Position numbers and translations under genes: made by a program
The notes under the pieces: generated by a model
Databases searched by the model: none
What the model saw: only the letters and a program-made list of their open reading frames with translations
What the model was told of the DNA's origin: nothing
Assembly (NCBI GenBank): GCA_963744145.1
Contig: CAVUSO010000001.1
Span: 5,344,001 to 5,408,000 of the forward strand
Direction of reading: 5' to 3'
Length of the DNA: 64,000 nucleotides
From: an uncultured cyanobacterium
Lineage (GTDB): Bacteria > Cyanobacteriota > Cyanobacteriia > Cyanobacteriales > CAWUOF01
Part shown: positions 1 through 12,486 of the stretch, in pieces
Layout: the number at the start of each line of letters is the position of its first letter
Numbering within the stretch: position 1 is the first letter of the stretch

Positions 1-2097
1 GTTTGGAAATTAAGTGCTAAAGTCTGAGCCCCACGCAGAAAACTGAGATAACGGACAGGCAGATAATAACTATAACTACCTCTGAGACGGGTTAGCAAGA
101 TACTTCCTGATCCGACTGGAACAGATTGTTCTGTACTAAAACGGAGAAAATCACCTCGAGTTGGTCGGAGCGGATCGTTACGGCGATCGCGTACTGCTGC
201 TAATTCAAACACCAGCAGGTCGTCACGTCCTGTATGACTAAAACTGAGGTTATTCCCACGTTGATCTCGAGGTCTGAGTACACCATTACTATCAATAATG
301 GAAACTCTCTGATATTCAAATCCCACAGATCCTCTCCATTCGGAAGTTAGGGGATTTGCGCCGAGCGGACGAGTAAAAGTCACCCCCGCACCCAGACGAT
401 CTACGCGAGGTTCATCACCATTAGGAAGATAGATGTGGTGTCTGGTGCTGGTAAAAATATTCGATATTGCTCTGCGATCGAACGCATCGACGGTATAGGA
501 GGTGTGGTGAACATCGCCAGCAATCCAAGGATCAGTAAAACTGACATTATACAAAGCACCCCGTTGGGCAATTTGGACTTCTCCTCCCAATTTTTGATTA
601 TTACCACCTAAGTTTTGTTGTTGGTAACTTAAAGTCCCAAATAGTCCAGTTGAGGAACTAACCCCAGCACCTGCGGCTAAAGATCCGTTATTTTTTTCAA
701 TTACATTCAATACTGCTACTACTTTGCGGGGATCTTGACCTGGATTTAAAGACAATCGGACATCTTCAAAAATCCCCAACCCAAAGATGCGCTGTAAATC
801 TTTCTCCACCACAGCCCGATTGAACACTTGCCCTGGTTTTAATTGTACTTCGCGGGTGATAATAAATTGGCGAGTATGGCCTTTAATCGGCTCTCCTTTA
901 GCATCTGTTTCTTCTCCATCTTTATTTAAAAAGTGGACTTGAATATCTTCCACCACCCCTTCAGCTACGATTAACGTTACTGTCCCATCATCAGCAATTT
1001 TCGGTGCTTCCGCATTGATCACCTGGGCTAAAACATAGCCTTTATCTTGATACCACTGATTGAGTTTTTTAATTCCTTGTTGCAAGCTTTTCAAGTTCAG
1101 TGGTTTACCATACTGATCTTTGAAGCTATCGGTAATCACACTGTCAGGTAGAACTTGCTTTCCTTCTACTTTAACTGTACTTAGTGGGGCGAAAGGTGTG
1201 ACTTCAAAAGTTACCCTTACACCTAATGGAGTATCTTCCGGTACTGCTCGCACATTAGCAAAATATCCTGTAGCTAAAATTGCTTGAGTATCTGCTTGTA
1301 ATTGAGAGCGAGTAGCTGTACGTCCTGGTTGAGTCCGAATCTTTTGAAAAACTAGAATCTTCTAGTTCTCCAGTTACACCTTTTACCACTACTTCAGCCA
1401 CTAAAACGTTTGGTTCTACCCGATCAGATGGTGTTGATGATGGGTTTGAGGTTGGTGGGAAAATCGGGGTTGAGTTATCTGGAATATTTATTGGTAAAGA
1501 TCCAGGATTACTTCCTGGTGTAACAGGTTGAGGACTAGGTGTGGTTGATGAAGCTCCAGGATTATTTCCTGGTGTGACCGGTTGGGGACTAGGTGTAGTT
1601 GATGAAGTTCCAGAATTATTTCCTGGTGTAACCGGTGGGGAACTAGGTGTGGTTGATGAACTTCCAGGATTATTTCCTGGTGTAACAGGTTGGGGACTAG
1701 GTGTGGTTGATGAACTTCCAGGATTATTTCCTGGTGTAACAGGTTGGGGACTAGATGGTTCAGATTCTAAATTCGCTGGTGTAACAGGTTGGGGACTAGG
1801 TGTGGTTGGTTGAGGTTGAGACTTTGGGACATTCTCATTCAGAACCGGTGTAGCTATTTTTGCGGGTAATAAGGGCAATTTTGCTTTAGCTGAGTGTTCT
1901 GGAGAGTTAGGTAAGATTTCTGTTGGTAGGATGGGCTGGACGGATGGTAATCCTGGGAGGGACGCATCTATATGTCCATTGCCTGATGGGACTCTGTGAT
2001 TAACATTGTCCTCATTTGTTTGTCCATAAGCAGGATGAGACGGATTTAGTGTTGCTGATGTGGCCAGAACCAACATCAATATTGGAGATAAGCGCAT
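1..2097 (-). CDS. bamA: Omp85/BamA outer-membrane assembly factor; 3' end beyond the window edge; single +1 frameshift at ~1356
   Basis: MRLSPILMLVL signal-like start, Pro-rich linker, POTRA start VLVAEVVVKG. Removing one T at ~1356 continues the frame (ELEDLVFQKIRTQPGRTATRSQLQAD...TGYFANVRAVPEDTPLGVRVTFEV). Further downstream are beta-barrel motifs (GLFGTLSYQQQNLGGNNQKLG, FTDPWIAG). Adjacent to purC as in many cyanobacteria. Confidence 0.9.
1500..1810 (-). repeat. 54-bp coding tandem repeat (PVTPGNNPGSSSTTPSPQ, ~5 copies) in the BamA N-terminal linker
   Basis: Visible in the DNA (ttccaggattatttcctggtgtaacaggttggggactaggtgtggttgatgaa) and in the translation. Confidence 0.9.
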
Positions 2098-2303
2098 CTT
2101 GTTAAGATATTTCAACACTTCCACACACCATAAAGAGCGGTTAGCCCTTGAGATTTTAACTGTTAGATTTTAGGGTTTAGATTGAAAATTTCCAAATCCT
2201 ATATTTTCCTTTAGAATTGCACAAGGCAAATCAAGGAAATCATCTCACGGCATAGGGAGAAATCTTACCGCATTGATGGAAAAGAAGCGATTAATATCTG
2301 GCT

Positions 2304-3038
2304 TTAATTTGAGCCAGTTTGTGCCAAAACTCTTTCTAATACTTCCTGGTAGGCTTTTTCGATATTTCCCAGATCCCGGCGAAATCGATCTTTGTCCATC
2401 ACCCGCTGATTGGGATCGCTTTCTCCACTATCCCACAATCGGCAAGTATCGGGGCTGATTTCATCCGCAAGAATAATTTTTCTTTGCGAGTCCAGCCCAA
2501 ATTCGAGTTTGAAGTCTACTAAAATAATGCGGCACCGCCGGAAAAATTCTGAGAGGATTTGGTTAATTTGCAATGCCTGCTGTTTTAATTCTTCTAATTG
2601 CTCTTTAGTCGCGAGTTCTAGCAATAATAGGCGATCGCTTGTCAATAGGGGATCTCCTAGTTGATCATTTTTATAAAAAAATTCTACTAAGGGAAATTTT
2701 AGGACTGTCCCTACTCCTAGTCCGGTTTGTTGACATAAACTCCCAGCAGCAATATTTCTGACAATGACTTCGATTGGGAATATTTTTACTGCTTTGACTC
2801 TCATTTGGTTAGCTGTCGGACAGTCGATCAAGTGCGTTGCTATTCCTCTTGCTTCTAACCACTGAAATAGCTTTTCTGAAATCTTGCAGTTGATTTCTCC
2901 TTTACCCGTTATACTCCCTTTTTTTTGAGCGTTAAATGCCGTTGCATCATCTTTGAAATGAGTCAGCAAAATTTCGGGATCGTCTGTAGTATAGAGAATT
3001 TTGGCTTTGCCTTCGTAGATTTTTTGGTGAGCAGACAT
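2304..3038 (-). CDS. purC: SAICAR synthase
   Basis: YEGKAK, FKDDATAFNA, LVDFKLEFG, LADEISPDTCRLWD, DKDRFR motifs; likely start MSAHQKIY. Confidence 0.97.
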   Translation of the reverse strand: MSAHQKIYEGKAKILYTTDDPEILLTHFKDDATAFNAQKKGSITGKGEINCKISEKLFQWLEARGIATHLIDCPTANQMRVKAVKIFPIEVIVRNIAAGSLCQQTGLGVGTVLKFPLVEFFYKNDQLGDPLLTSDRLLLLELATKEQLEELKQQALQINQILSEFFRRCRIILVDFKLEFGLDSQRKIILADEISPDTCRLWDSGESDPNQRVMDKDRFRRDLGNIEKAYQEVLERVLAQTGSN

Positions 3039-3262
3039 AGTGATGTTTGGTTTTTGGTTGACTTTGGGTCTGATCCGCGATCGCATGTGATCACATTTGA
3101 TTAAATTTAGGTTAATATCAGATTAAAACCGATTCCCAGTTTCCTTTAATATTACTTACCCGTTTTTGGGTCTAGTTTTTTATTGGTGGAAACCAAAATT
3201 TTGATCGGGACATTTTCAGAAACTTTTAATTTGGCATAAGCATTTTATTCCAGGAGACAATT

Positions 3263-3514
3263 ATGACAGACAAATTTGAATTTTTTCACCCTCGTAGTCG
3301 TTACTATGGCAAATTTCAACCTGAAGCTTTATTATTTAATGCCAATTTACAGGAATTTGCCCAACGGATTAGCTATATTTGTAATCTAGAAACTAATGGT
3401 AAACTATCCCCAGCCGAATCATATCAACAAATTAAAATGCTCTGGAAACAGCTAAAACGTAGTAAAAAAGAGCTGGGGATTGGGCGTGATTCCTCCTCTG
3501 ATGAAACAGGTTAG
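3263..3514 (+). CDS. Small conserved cyanobacterial hypothetical protein (83 aa)
   Basis: AGGAG RBS upstream; FNANLQEFAQRISYICNLETNGKLSP resembles a widespread cyanobacterial small-protein family. Confidence 0.8.
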   Translation: MTDKFEFFHPRSRYYGKFQPEALLFNANLQEFAQRISYICNLETNGKLSPAESYQQIKMLWKQLKRSKKELGIGRDSSSDETG

Positions 3515-3529
3515 TTTTTTTCTATCCTT

Positions 3530-6130
3530 TTATTTTGTAGTCATAGTATGAACTCCATCCCAGGACTCAGGTGGAGGATTTTCGAGATATTTTTTAGAGC
3601 GTTTAAGATAAATTTCTACAGCTCGATCTCGAGAATTTAGTTGTTCGGCTTCTTGAAAATTATTTAAAGCTGATTTAAAGTCTCTTAACATATAGGCTTT
3701 ACGTCCAGCACTATAATAATGCAAGAATGCGGCAATATTTGGCTCTAACCCATCGTTGCGATCGCCAATTAATTCATAAATACTCACTGCTTCATGTTTA
3801 CCTTTGACGCGAATTTTATCTAATTCCCGCACCCAAATGCGATCGCCACATAAATCATAAGTAAATTGACTCAAAATAATATCACACCCATACTCTTTAG
3901 TCACACCTTCCAAGCGTGAAGAAAGATTAACCCCATCACCAATCACGGTATAATCCATCCGTTTTTGGGAACCAATATTACCAGAAACTACTTCACCAGA
4001 ACTAATCCCGATCCCAATCCGAATCAGAGGTTGAGCTTCAATAATTCGACTTTGATTAAACTCTTTTAAACGTCGGCGCATATCTAGGGCTGATTTAACC
4101 GCCATCCAAGCGTGATTTTGAGTCAGGGGGAGGGGGGCACCAAAAACTGCCATAATCGCATCTCCAATAAACTTATCGAGAGTACCTTCATGGTTAAAAA
4201 TTGCCTCTACCATTGTTTCAAAATATTGATTAAGCAACTCTACCACTTGAGTAGCTTCCAGTTTTTCAGTTAGGGTGGTATAACCGCGAATATCAGAAAA
4301 TAAAATGGTAACTTCCTTGCGTTCACCTACCATTAACGCATCATCACCGAGAGCCATAACTCGTTCCGCTACCCCAGGAGTCATGTAGCGATACATGGTA
4401 GTTTTCATCCGCTTTTCTCGACTAATATCTTCTAATACCACTAACCCACCACGGACCCCACCTTCTGGATTAGTTAAAGGATTTACTGTTAAATTAATAC
4501 TCCGCTCCAGTAGTTGTAGTTGATTTCTTAAAATCGGAGCATTGTCTTTCAATTGACTATTTTTTTCAGCTTTTTGGCTGATCGATTCAGCCCAAGGAAT
4601 AAAAAGATCAGGCTGATATTGATCAGGAATTGCGAGAATATATTCGTCACCTTGATCTTCTTCTAATCCAGAATGATCAGAATTTTTTGGTTTCAGATAC
4701 AAACCAACCGTTAAACTTTGTTCAGGCACAAAATGTTTAGCTGCGTTGCTAAGACTATCTTCTAATCGGAACCGCAGATTGTCGATCGGCACAATTTCCC
4801 AAACCGAGCGACCAATAATTTTTTGCTCCCACATTTGCAAATTATATTTACCGTTCGCTTTTTGCAGAGGACAACCTAGCAAAGCTAATGCAGCTTCATT
4901 AATGGTGACAATCTGTCCTTGCATATCGGTAGAAATAACTGCATCTGATAAACTTTGCAGGATATCTTTTTGATACTGTCTTTCGACTAAGACATTTTGA
5001 AACAACTGAGCATTTTCTAAAGCAATACCAGCTTGAATATTAAATGCTCGCATGAACTCTTCATCGGAACTGGTAAAACTCCCTTGATTTTTATTAATTA
5101 ACTGCGTAACTCCAATTAATTCTCCAGCCGAATTAAACACGGGCATACATAAAATATTGCGGGTATTATAACCGGTTTGTTGATCAGGAGCCGGATTAAA
5201 ACGAGGATCTTGATAAGCATCAGTAATATTCAGGGATTTACCAGTAGAAGCGACATAACCAGCGATCCCTTTATTAGCAGGAATCCGGATTTCCATTTGG
5301 GTTTTGCCATCTGCTTTAGCAACTTTAGTCCACAGTTCACCGGTTTCCTTGCTAAGTAAAAATAGGGTGCTGCGATCGGCTTGCATTAAATCTCGGGCTT
5401 GATCCATCACTGATCGGAGTGTGGCTTCTAAATCAAGACTTTGACCAAGCAATTTGGTTGCTTGTAAAAGTGCAGCAGCACCACGTTGATTCCGAGCCGC
5501 AGTATAAAAAGATTGACAACTTTCTAGAATAATGCCAATTGAAGCAGCGAAATCACGAAAATGTTGTTCATCTTCTTGATCAAAAGGCGATTCTCCAGCT
5601 TTATTTAACAATTGTGCTACAGCTACCACCTGGTTTTTGCTACTAAAAATTGGCATACACAGGAGGTTATGAGTGCGATAGCCGATTTGCTCATCAACTT
5701 CTTGATTAAATAAAGGATGACTATAGGCATCAGTAATATTGAGACAAGCCCCAGTATTGGCCACATGACCAACAATTCCCATACCGATAGGAATTCGGAT
5801 TTCTCTGGGTTTTTCGTCTTCACCTTTGGCAAGTTGAGACCACAACAGACCTTTTTCCTTGTCAACTAAAAAAATAGTTGTGCGATCGGCTTGGAGAATT
5901 TGGCCAACTTTTAAGGTAATTGCTTCTAAAACCTGTTCCAGCATACTTTCGAGAGCTTCATTGTTAATTAAGTCAAGGGCTCTCAAAAATTGCTGGAATT
6001 CAGCAGTAATAAAGTCGAGCAAGCAGATAAATTCTGGCACAGGCAGATATTTGACACGATGGGTCAATGCCCCCATCCGATTGACTTGAGTCAATGTTGC
6101 CAGAACACTACCGACGTTAGAGAATGTCAT
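3530..6130 (-). CDS. cyaB: GAF-GAF-PAS class III adenylate cyclase (CyaB-type)
   Basis: Two GAF domains with NK-F-DE motifs, PAS, catalytic ILFSDIRGYT, DKFIGDAIMA, DYTVIGDGVNLSSRLE, C-terminal TPR-like tail. Confidence 0.92.
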   Translation of the reverse strand: MTFSNVGSVLATLTQVNRMGALTHRVKYLPVPEFICLLDFITAEFQQFLRALDLINNEALESMLEQVLEAITLKVGQILQADRTTIFLVDKEKGLLWSQLAKGEDEKPREIRIPIGMGIVGHVANTGACLNITDAYSHPLFNQEVDEQIGYRTHNLLCMPIFSSKNQVVAVAQLLNKAGESPFDQEDEQHFRDFAASIGIILESCQSFYTAARNQRGAAALLQATKLLGQSLDLEATLRSVMDQARDLMQADRSTLFLLSKETGELWTKVAKADGKTQMEIRIPANKGIAGYVASTGKSLNITDAYQDPRFNPAPDQQTGYNTRNILCMPVFNSAGELIGVTQLINKNQGSFTSSDEEFMRAFNIQAGIALENAQLFQNVLVERQYQKDILQSLSDAVISTDMQGQIVTINEAALALLGCPLQKANGKYNLQMWEQKIIGRSVWEIVPIDNLRFRLEDSLSNAAKHFVPEQSLTVGLYLKPKNSDHSGLEEDQGDEYILAIPDQYQPDLFIPWAESISQKAEKNSQLKDNAPILRNQLQLLERSINLTVNPLTNPEGGVRGGLVVLEDISREKRMKTTMYRYMTPGVAERVMALGDDALMVGERKEVTILFSDIRGYTTLTEKLEATQVVELLNQYFETMVEAIFNHEGTLDKFIGDAIMAVFGAPLPLTQNHAWMAVKSALDMRRRLKEFNQSRIIEAQPLIRIGIGISSGEVVSGNIGSQKRMDYTVIGDGVNLSSRLEGVTKEYGCDIILSQFTYDLCGDRIWVRELDKIRVKGKHEAVSIYELIGDRNDGLEPNIAAFLHYYSAGRKAYMLRDFKSALNNFQEAEQLNSRDRAVEIYLKRSKKYLENPPPESWDGVHTMTTK

Positions 6131-6352
6131 GGTGGTATATAACCGGAGGCAATGCTAGACGGCTTACACTCTTCTAAATGGATTGCTCCATATCAAGGGT
6201 ATCTCGTAGCGAAGCGTTTGGCTAAGGTTGGCTAAATTAGATCCGCATACAATACTGTTATAACTTGGGGAATAGATAGTTGGATAATTAAAGGCAATAT
6301 AATTGGCTGTCAGTTGATCTTTGAGTAATTTAGTCTAAGTGGGATAAATTTT

Positions 6353-6380
6353 GTAGGGGCGTATGGCAATACGCCCCTAC
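6353..6380. repeat. GTAG-type REP-like palindrome GTAGGGGCGTAT-GGCA-ATACGCCCCTAC just downstream of sqdX
   Basis: 12-bp inverted repeat; same family as 33241-33336. Confidence 0.8.
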
Positions 6381-6395
6381 GACATATGGTCAAGA

Positions 6396-7529
6396 TTAGG
6401 CGGCTGATGGCATTTGTTTAGAGCAGAGGACAGCTTCATAGTAACGACGTAATTGGCGAGTCGCTGCGGGCCACCCCCATCGTTCGGCTTCTAGACGCGC
6501 ATGATCGCGCAGGTTTTCCCTTTCTTCTGGATGTGCTAAGAGTCTTTGGGTCGCGGCGATCGCTCCTTTGGGATCATTTGGGTCAAATAAATAGCCATTC
6601 ACCCCATCGGTGACGATATCTGGTATTCCTCCTGAGCGAGCGGCTACAACCGGACAACCAGCTGCCATAGCTTCGAGCAGAACTAATCCCAGGGTTTCAG
6701 TGCGAGAAGGAAAAATAAAAGCATCAGCTGAAGCATAAGCACTAGCTAATTCTCGACCACGGAGATAACCCACAAAATTAGTAGGTGTATCTGCAAAGTG
6801 TTCGATTAAAGCTTGACGATGGGGACCATCTCCGACGAGAGCTAATCTCGCGTTGGGAATAGCTGCTAAAACGGGTTTAATTTGATCAATTTCTTTTTCA
6901 GCGCCTAAACGTCCGACATAAAGTAATAGAGGACTGTCTGGGTGACCTTGACTTAGACGCGATCGCATTTCTAAACTAGCAAACTCTGGTTGAAAAAATT
7001 CTGTATCGACTCCACGTTGCCAGAGGTTAACCCTTTCGATCCCATGAGCTGTCAATTCCTCTACCATTGCGGTGGAGGTACAGAGGTTTAATTCAGCCTG
7101 ATTATGTCCTGCTCTGAGGAGACTCCATAGCACTTCCTCGAACATTCCCCACCCATAATGATGCAAATATTGTGGTAAGTGAGTGTGATATGATGCGACG
7201 ATGGGAATATTTAAGGTTTTGCCATAATACAAACCCCCGACCCCTAAAACTGCGGGATTAACGACATGAACAAGATCTGGATCAAATTCAGCTAAGATGT
7301 CACCAATCGAGGGACGGGGTAAGGCTAGTTTTAATTCAGGATACATAGGTAAGGGAAATCCAGGAATCCCGTGGATTTTTGCCCCCTCATATTCAGGTAT
7401 CCCTCCTTCCGGGGCAAAAATTATTACTTGATCGCCAAATCTTTGCAGATATTTAATGGTGTGACATAGACGGGTGACAATCCCATCTACTTTAGGTAAA
7501 AAAGTTTCTGTGAATAGAGCGATTCGCAT
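6396..7529 (-). CDS. sqdX: Sulfoquinovosyltransferase (GT4), sulfolipid synthesis
   Basis: MRIALFTETFLPKVDGIVTRL, ETLGLVLLEAMA; immediately downstream of sqdB. Confidence 0.93.
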   Translation of the reverse strand: MRIALFTETFLPKVDGIVTRLCHTIKYLQRFGDQVIIFAPEGGIPEYEGAKIHGIPGFPLPMYPELKLALPRPSIGDILAEFDPDLVHVVNPAVLGVGGLYYGKTLNIPIVASYHTHLPQYLHHYGWGMFEEVLWSLLRAGHNQAELNLCTSTAMVEELTAHGIERVNLWQRGVDTEFFQPEFASLEMRSRLSQGHPDSPLLLYVGRLGAEKEIDQIKPVLAAIPNARLALVGDGPHRQALIEHFADTPTNFVGYLRGRELASAYASADAFIFPSRTETLGLVLLEAMAAGCPVVAARSGGIPDIVTDGVNGYLFDPNDPKGAIAATQRLLAHPEERENLRDHARLEAERWGWPAATRQLRRYYEAVLCSKQMPSAA

Positions 7530-7604
7530 AGGAAAGTGGAAATTACAAAACTGATTAATCCTAATTTTTTTACAGATGGCAAATTGGAGAATGAAAAATA
7601 AATA

Positions 7605-7772
7605 GGTTCGTAGTAAGCGATTAGCGAGCTAAAGCGCTTATTAAAAGCTAGTTATTTAATTTCTATTCCTGAGACATTAGACCAGAAAGCAAAAGTCAAA
7701 AACTTCTGTTCGTGGTAAGATATCTGCTCCTTGATGATTGAGTATTGGGGGACTTTAGTCCCTACTACAAAC
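7605..7772. repeat. Degenerate inverted pair of cyanobacterial GTTxGTAGT-type short repeats between sqdB and sqdX
   Basis: gttcgtagtaagcg...cgcttatta near 7606 and the inverted gggactttagtccctactacaaac near 7749. Confidence 0.5.
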
Positions 7773-7913
7773 ATTTTTGCCAGAAGTCTAATTATCTGCA
7801 AAATTGCCACAAAACTCTGAAAAACCATCAGTTTTACTCCTGGGTTTTCCTTGTGGGTAAAATTAAAAGGCAATCAATAAAAATATTTTACCGATTGCCT
7901 TGGTTGCTTTTGC

Positions 7914-9167
<1,254 letters not shown>

Positions 9168-9345
9168 TCAATTACCTGGGACAATCAGGGGATGGCGATC
9201 GGTAAATATACAATATCGTTTTTGGTTAATCCCTAGCATAAGCTACTCTGGCTCAAGATTTGTGTTAATTTCTTTCTCCCTCAAATCTATCAATTAGTCC
9301 ACCGGAATCGGGCGATCGCTGATAAAAATCTTAATAATCCTAAAT

Positions 9346-12264
9346 CTAACTTGATAAATGTGGTGAGAGTAAATTTAAAATTTCTTGATCATCAAAGGTT
9401 TCCGCTAAAGCTAAAATCCTCTGGGCAAAAGGAGTGTATTGAGGTTCCATCTGTTGTAACTGTTGAGTAACAGTTTCGATCGCGGTAATATCACCGATTT
9501 TGGCAGCAGCATAAATCGGAGCTAGTTTTTCGGCATGAGGGATGATTAAATCTTGATCTAATGTCGATTCTGTGGTTAATAGTTGTACATCGGATGATTC
9601 ATAGAGCCATTCTAATTTTAGGTAGGTTTGCAGATAGATAAATAGTTTTTCAATTTCAATTGGTTTGGGAAGAAAGTCATTACAACCAGCTCCGATACTA
9701 CTAATTTGGTATTCGGCTAACACACTAGCACTTGAAGCAATAATCACCACTTGCTTACCCTCCGGTAATTGACGAACCCGACGGGTAAATTCAAACCCAT
9801 CTAGAATGGGCATCACTAGATCTGTAATTACTAAATCTGGCTGAAATTGTGATACTAAAGCTAATGCTTCTTCTCCATTAGTAGCACAGATACATCGAAA
9901 ACCCAGCGGTTCCAGAATCTCGATCACAATGGAACGGTTAACTTCTTTATCATCCGCAATTAGAACGGTACGTTGTTTCCCTTGGTAACCAATAATTTTA
10001 CCTGGTTTTTCTGGGCTAACTACACTGGTCAATTGGGTGGCGATCGCTAAGTCTAAATCAAACCAAAAGTTACTTCCCTTACCAGGAATACTACGAACTT
10101 GGATAGTGCTACCCATTAAGTTAATGATTTTTTGACTAATCGCAAGTCCTAAACCTGTTCCTTCTGCACGATGGGATTTTGTTCCTACTTGTTCAAAAGG
10201 TAAGAAAATTTTTTCTAACTGTTCAGAAGTCATTCCTGCTCCTGTATCTTGAATAGAAAAGCGAATTTTTACATGGGAATCGAATGATTGATTGTCCGAT
10301 ATATTTAAATTTGACTCTAAACATAATACTTCTAGGGTTACACTCCCAACATCGGTAAATTTAATCGCATTTCCGAGGAGATTAATTAGCACTTGACGAA
10401 GGCGCTTATCGTCGCTATAAATAGTATTGGGGAGATTACCGCTAGGATGGTAAAATAATTCTATTCCTTTTTGTTGAGCCTTAATCCGTAATAGTTCGGT
10501 GATATTATTGAGAAAATAGGGGAGATGGAAATCTTGACAATCAAGCTCCATTTTTTGAGCCTCTATTTTGGAAAGATCAAGGATATCATTAATTAAATCT
10601 AACAGATGAGAAGCACATTGGTGAATGACATTAAGACTATTTTTATGTTTGTTTAAATCCTGGGAACGGTGCATGATTTGGGTATAACCAAGAATGCCAT
10701 TTAAAGGAGTTCTTAATTCGTGACTCATATTAGCTAAAAATTCACTTTTAGCTAAACTGGCGATTTCTGCTACTTCCTTAGCTTTATATAGCTCTTCCTC
10801 GGCTTTTTTACGTTTAGTAATATCCTCAATTGTCCCTTCATAGTATAGGACATTACCCCGATGGTCATAGATCGCTTGGACGGTTTCTGAAATCCAAATT
10901 ATCCTACCATCTTGACGGTAGACTTGGGCTTCAAATTCCAAGGCACTACTATGATAGTGAATTTGTTTTAGGAATTGTTTACGATTTTGCCGATCCACAT
11001 AAAGCTGTTCACTAATATTGGTAACTTTCTGGATCATCTCCACAGGTGATTCATACCCATAGATCCTTGCTAAGGCGGGGTTGACACTAATATAACGCTC
11101 GCTCTCATCAAATTGAAAAATCCCATTAATAGCATTTTCAAAAATACTACGATATTTTTTTTCTGCTTCATTTAAAGCTTGTTCAAATTGATGTCTTTTG
11201 CGGAGATTTTTTAGAAAAACTAGCAGCACATACACAACCGTCATGATCACAAATATAGTGAATATTTGTACAGTATAATTTTTATCTTTGAATTCATTAA
11301 TTCTTTTTTGTAGTAAAATATGTAATCTCGGTAAGATGGCGTCATAAAGATTTATTTGTGCCCGGAGGGATTGCTGTCCTACATTTATATATTCTGGCAA
11401 ATTGGTTTGATTATTGTTATTTTTGATAAAATAATCATAGATCAGATTAGCAAAGTTATTTGTAGCACGAATACTAACTTCCGTAGTGAATTTTAGTTGG
11501 GAATCATAGTTTTTTATATTACTAGAAATAGCTTCAATATTATGTTCAATTAATTCATTATTAGATTTGATCGAGCCATATAAAGCATTTAAGTCTTTTT
11601 CTTCTAGATTTAGATTATTGCTAAGATCATATTTTAAAATATTGTTTCCTAAATATAAAGAGCGACTAATACTTTCTATTATTACTGGTAAATAGCTAAT
11701 CGAGACATTGATCAAATGATAGCTCTCCAGGGTAGGATCAAGAATTAAATTAGTATCATCTCCCACTTGAGCAATTAACAGCAAAACTTCCATAATTATA
11801 TCTGTATATGCAGATAAATCGTGATTTTGAGAAAATTTTAAATTAAGGAAATTGCTTTTTAAAACCTGCCATTTTTGGTTTAATTCAATTTTAATCGATC
11901 GCCATTTATTACTAGTTAAATCAAAGGCTTTATTCAATTTTATTTCCGCAATGGTCAATTTTTGAAGATTTTGGTCTATTTTAGTTTGAAGTAAATTTAT
12001 ATCTCCAGATAAACTGTTATTATTAGGCTCGAATAAATATTGATTTACTTCACTACGATATTCAACCAGATTTTCTAAAACATCTTTCAGTAGATAATTA
12101 TATTCAATTCCTAATTTTTCTTTTTCAATAAAATCTTTTCCTAAATTAATTTCATAAGTTAGCTGATTAATAACTACTATAAAAGCAACTACAAAAATTA
12201 TTAAAATAATTATTAAATTAATTGATTCTGTTTTAATAAGTCGATTAAAAAAATTAATTTTCAT
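9346..12264 (-). CDS. Hybrid sensor histidine kinase: 2 TM, helical extracytoplasmic sensor, PAS, HisKA, HATPase, REC
   Basis: [43 protein letters not shown]; sensor motif [11 protein letters not shown]. Confidence 0.93.
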   Translation of the reverse strand: MKINFFNRLIKTESINLIIILIIFVVAFIVVINQLTYEINLGKDFIEKEKLGIEYNYLLKDVLENLVEYRSEVNQYLFEPNNNSLSGDINLLQTKIDQNLQKLTIAEIKLNKAFDLTSNKWRSIKIELNQKWQVLKSNFLNLKFSQNHDLSAYTDIIMEVLLLIAQVGDDTNLILDPTLESYHLINVSISYLPVIIESISRSLYLGNNILKYDLSNNLNLEEKDLNALYGSIKSNNELIEHNIEAISSNIKNYDSQLKFTTEVSIRATNNFANLIYDYFIKNNNNQTNLPEYINVGQQSLRAQINLYDAILPRLHILLQKRINEFKDKNYTVQIFTIFVIMTVVYVLLVFLKNLRKRHQFEQALNEAEKKYRSIFENAINGIFQFDESERYISVNPALARIYGYESPVEMIQKVTNISEQLYVDRQNRKQFLKQIHYHSSALEFEAQVYRQDGRIIWISETVQAIYDHRGNVLYYEGTIEDITKRKKAEEELYKAKEVAEIASLAKSEFLANMSHELRTPLNGILGYTQIMHRSQDLNKHKNSLNVIHQCASHLLDLINDILDLSKIEAQKMELDCQDFHLPYFLNNITELLRIKAQQKGIELFYHPSGNLPNTIYSDDKRLRQVLINLLGNAIKFTDVGSVTLEVLCLESNLNISDNQSFDSHVKIRFSIQDTGAGMTSEQLEKIFLPFEQVGTKSHRAEGTGLGLAISQKIINLMGSTIQVRSIPGKGSNFWFDLDLAIATQLTSVVSPEKPGKIIGYQGKQRTVLIADDKEVNRSIVIEILEPLGFRCICATNGEEALALVSQFQPDLVITDLVMPILDGFEFTRRVRQLPEGKQVVIIASSASVLAEYQISSIGAGCNDFLPKPIEIEKLFIYLQTYLKLEWLYESSDVQLLTTESTLDQDLIIPHAEKLAPIYAAAKIGDITAIETVTQQLQQMEPQYTPFAQRILALAETFDDQEILNLLSPHLSS

Positions 12265-12486
12265 ATACCTGCGTAACTGTTTCTGCTCAGAGAAAAATGA
12301 ATTGATGACATGGTTTAATTAATCTATTTGCCAGAATAGCTAAAATTTCTATGTCTATCCCAGACATCATAATCAGATTTTTCTAAAAATTTATGTATTC
12401 TATTTAACAGTTTTTAGTAAAAAAATATAATTTTTGTACTTTAACATTTTTACCGCTCCATCAGGTTAAGCTAAATTTAAAGTTTT

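Noticed and set aside
401..607. 68-aa minus-strand ORF
   Set aside because: Alternative frame inside the bamA barrel-coding region.
1345..1365. Programmed ribosomal frameshift in bamA
   Set aside because: No convincing slippery heptamer or stimulator; the context shared with a second frameshift favours a sequencing artefact.
1541..1813. 90-aa repetitive + strand ORF
   Set aside because: Antisense shadow of the BamA coding repeat.
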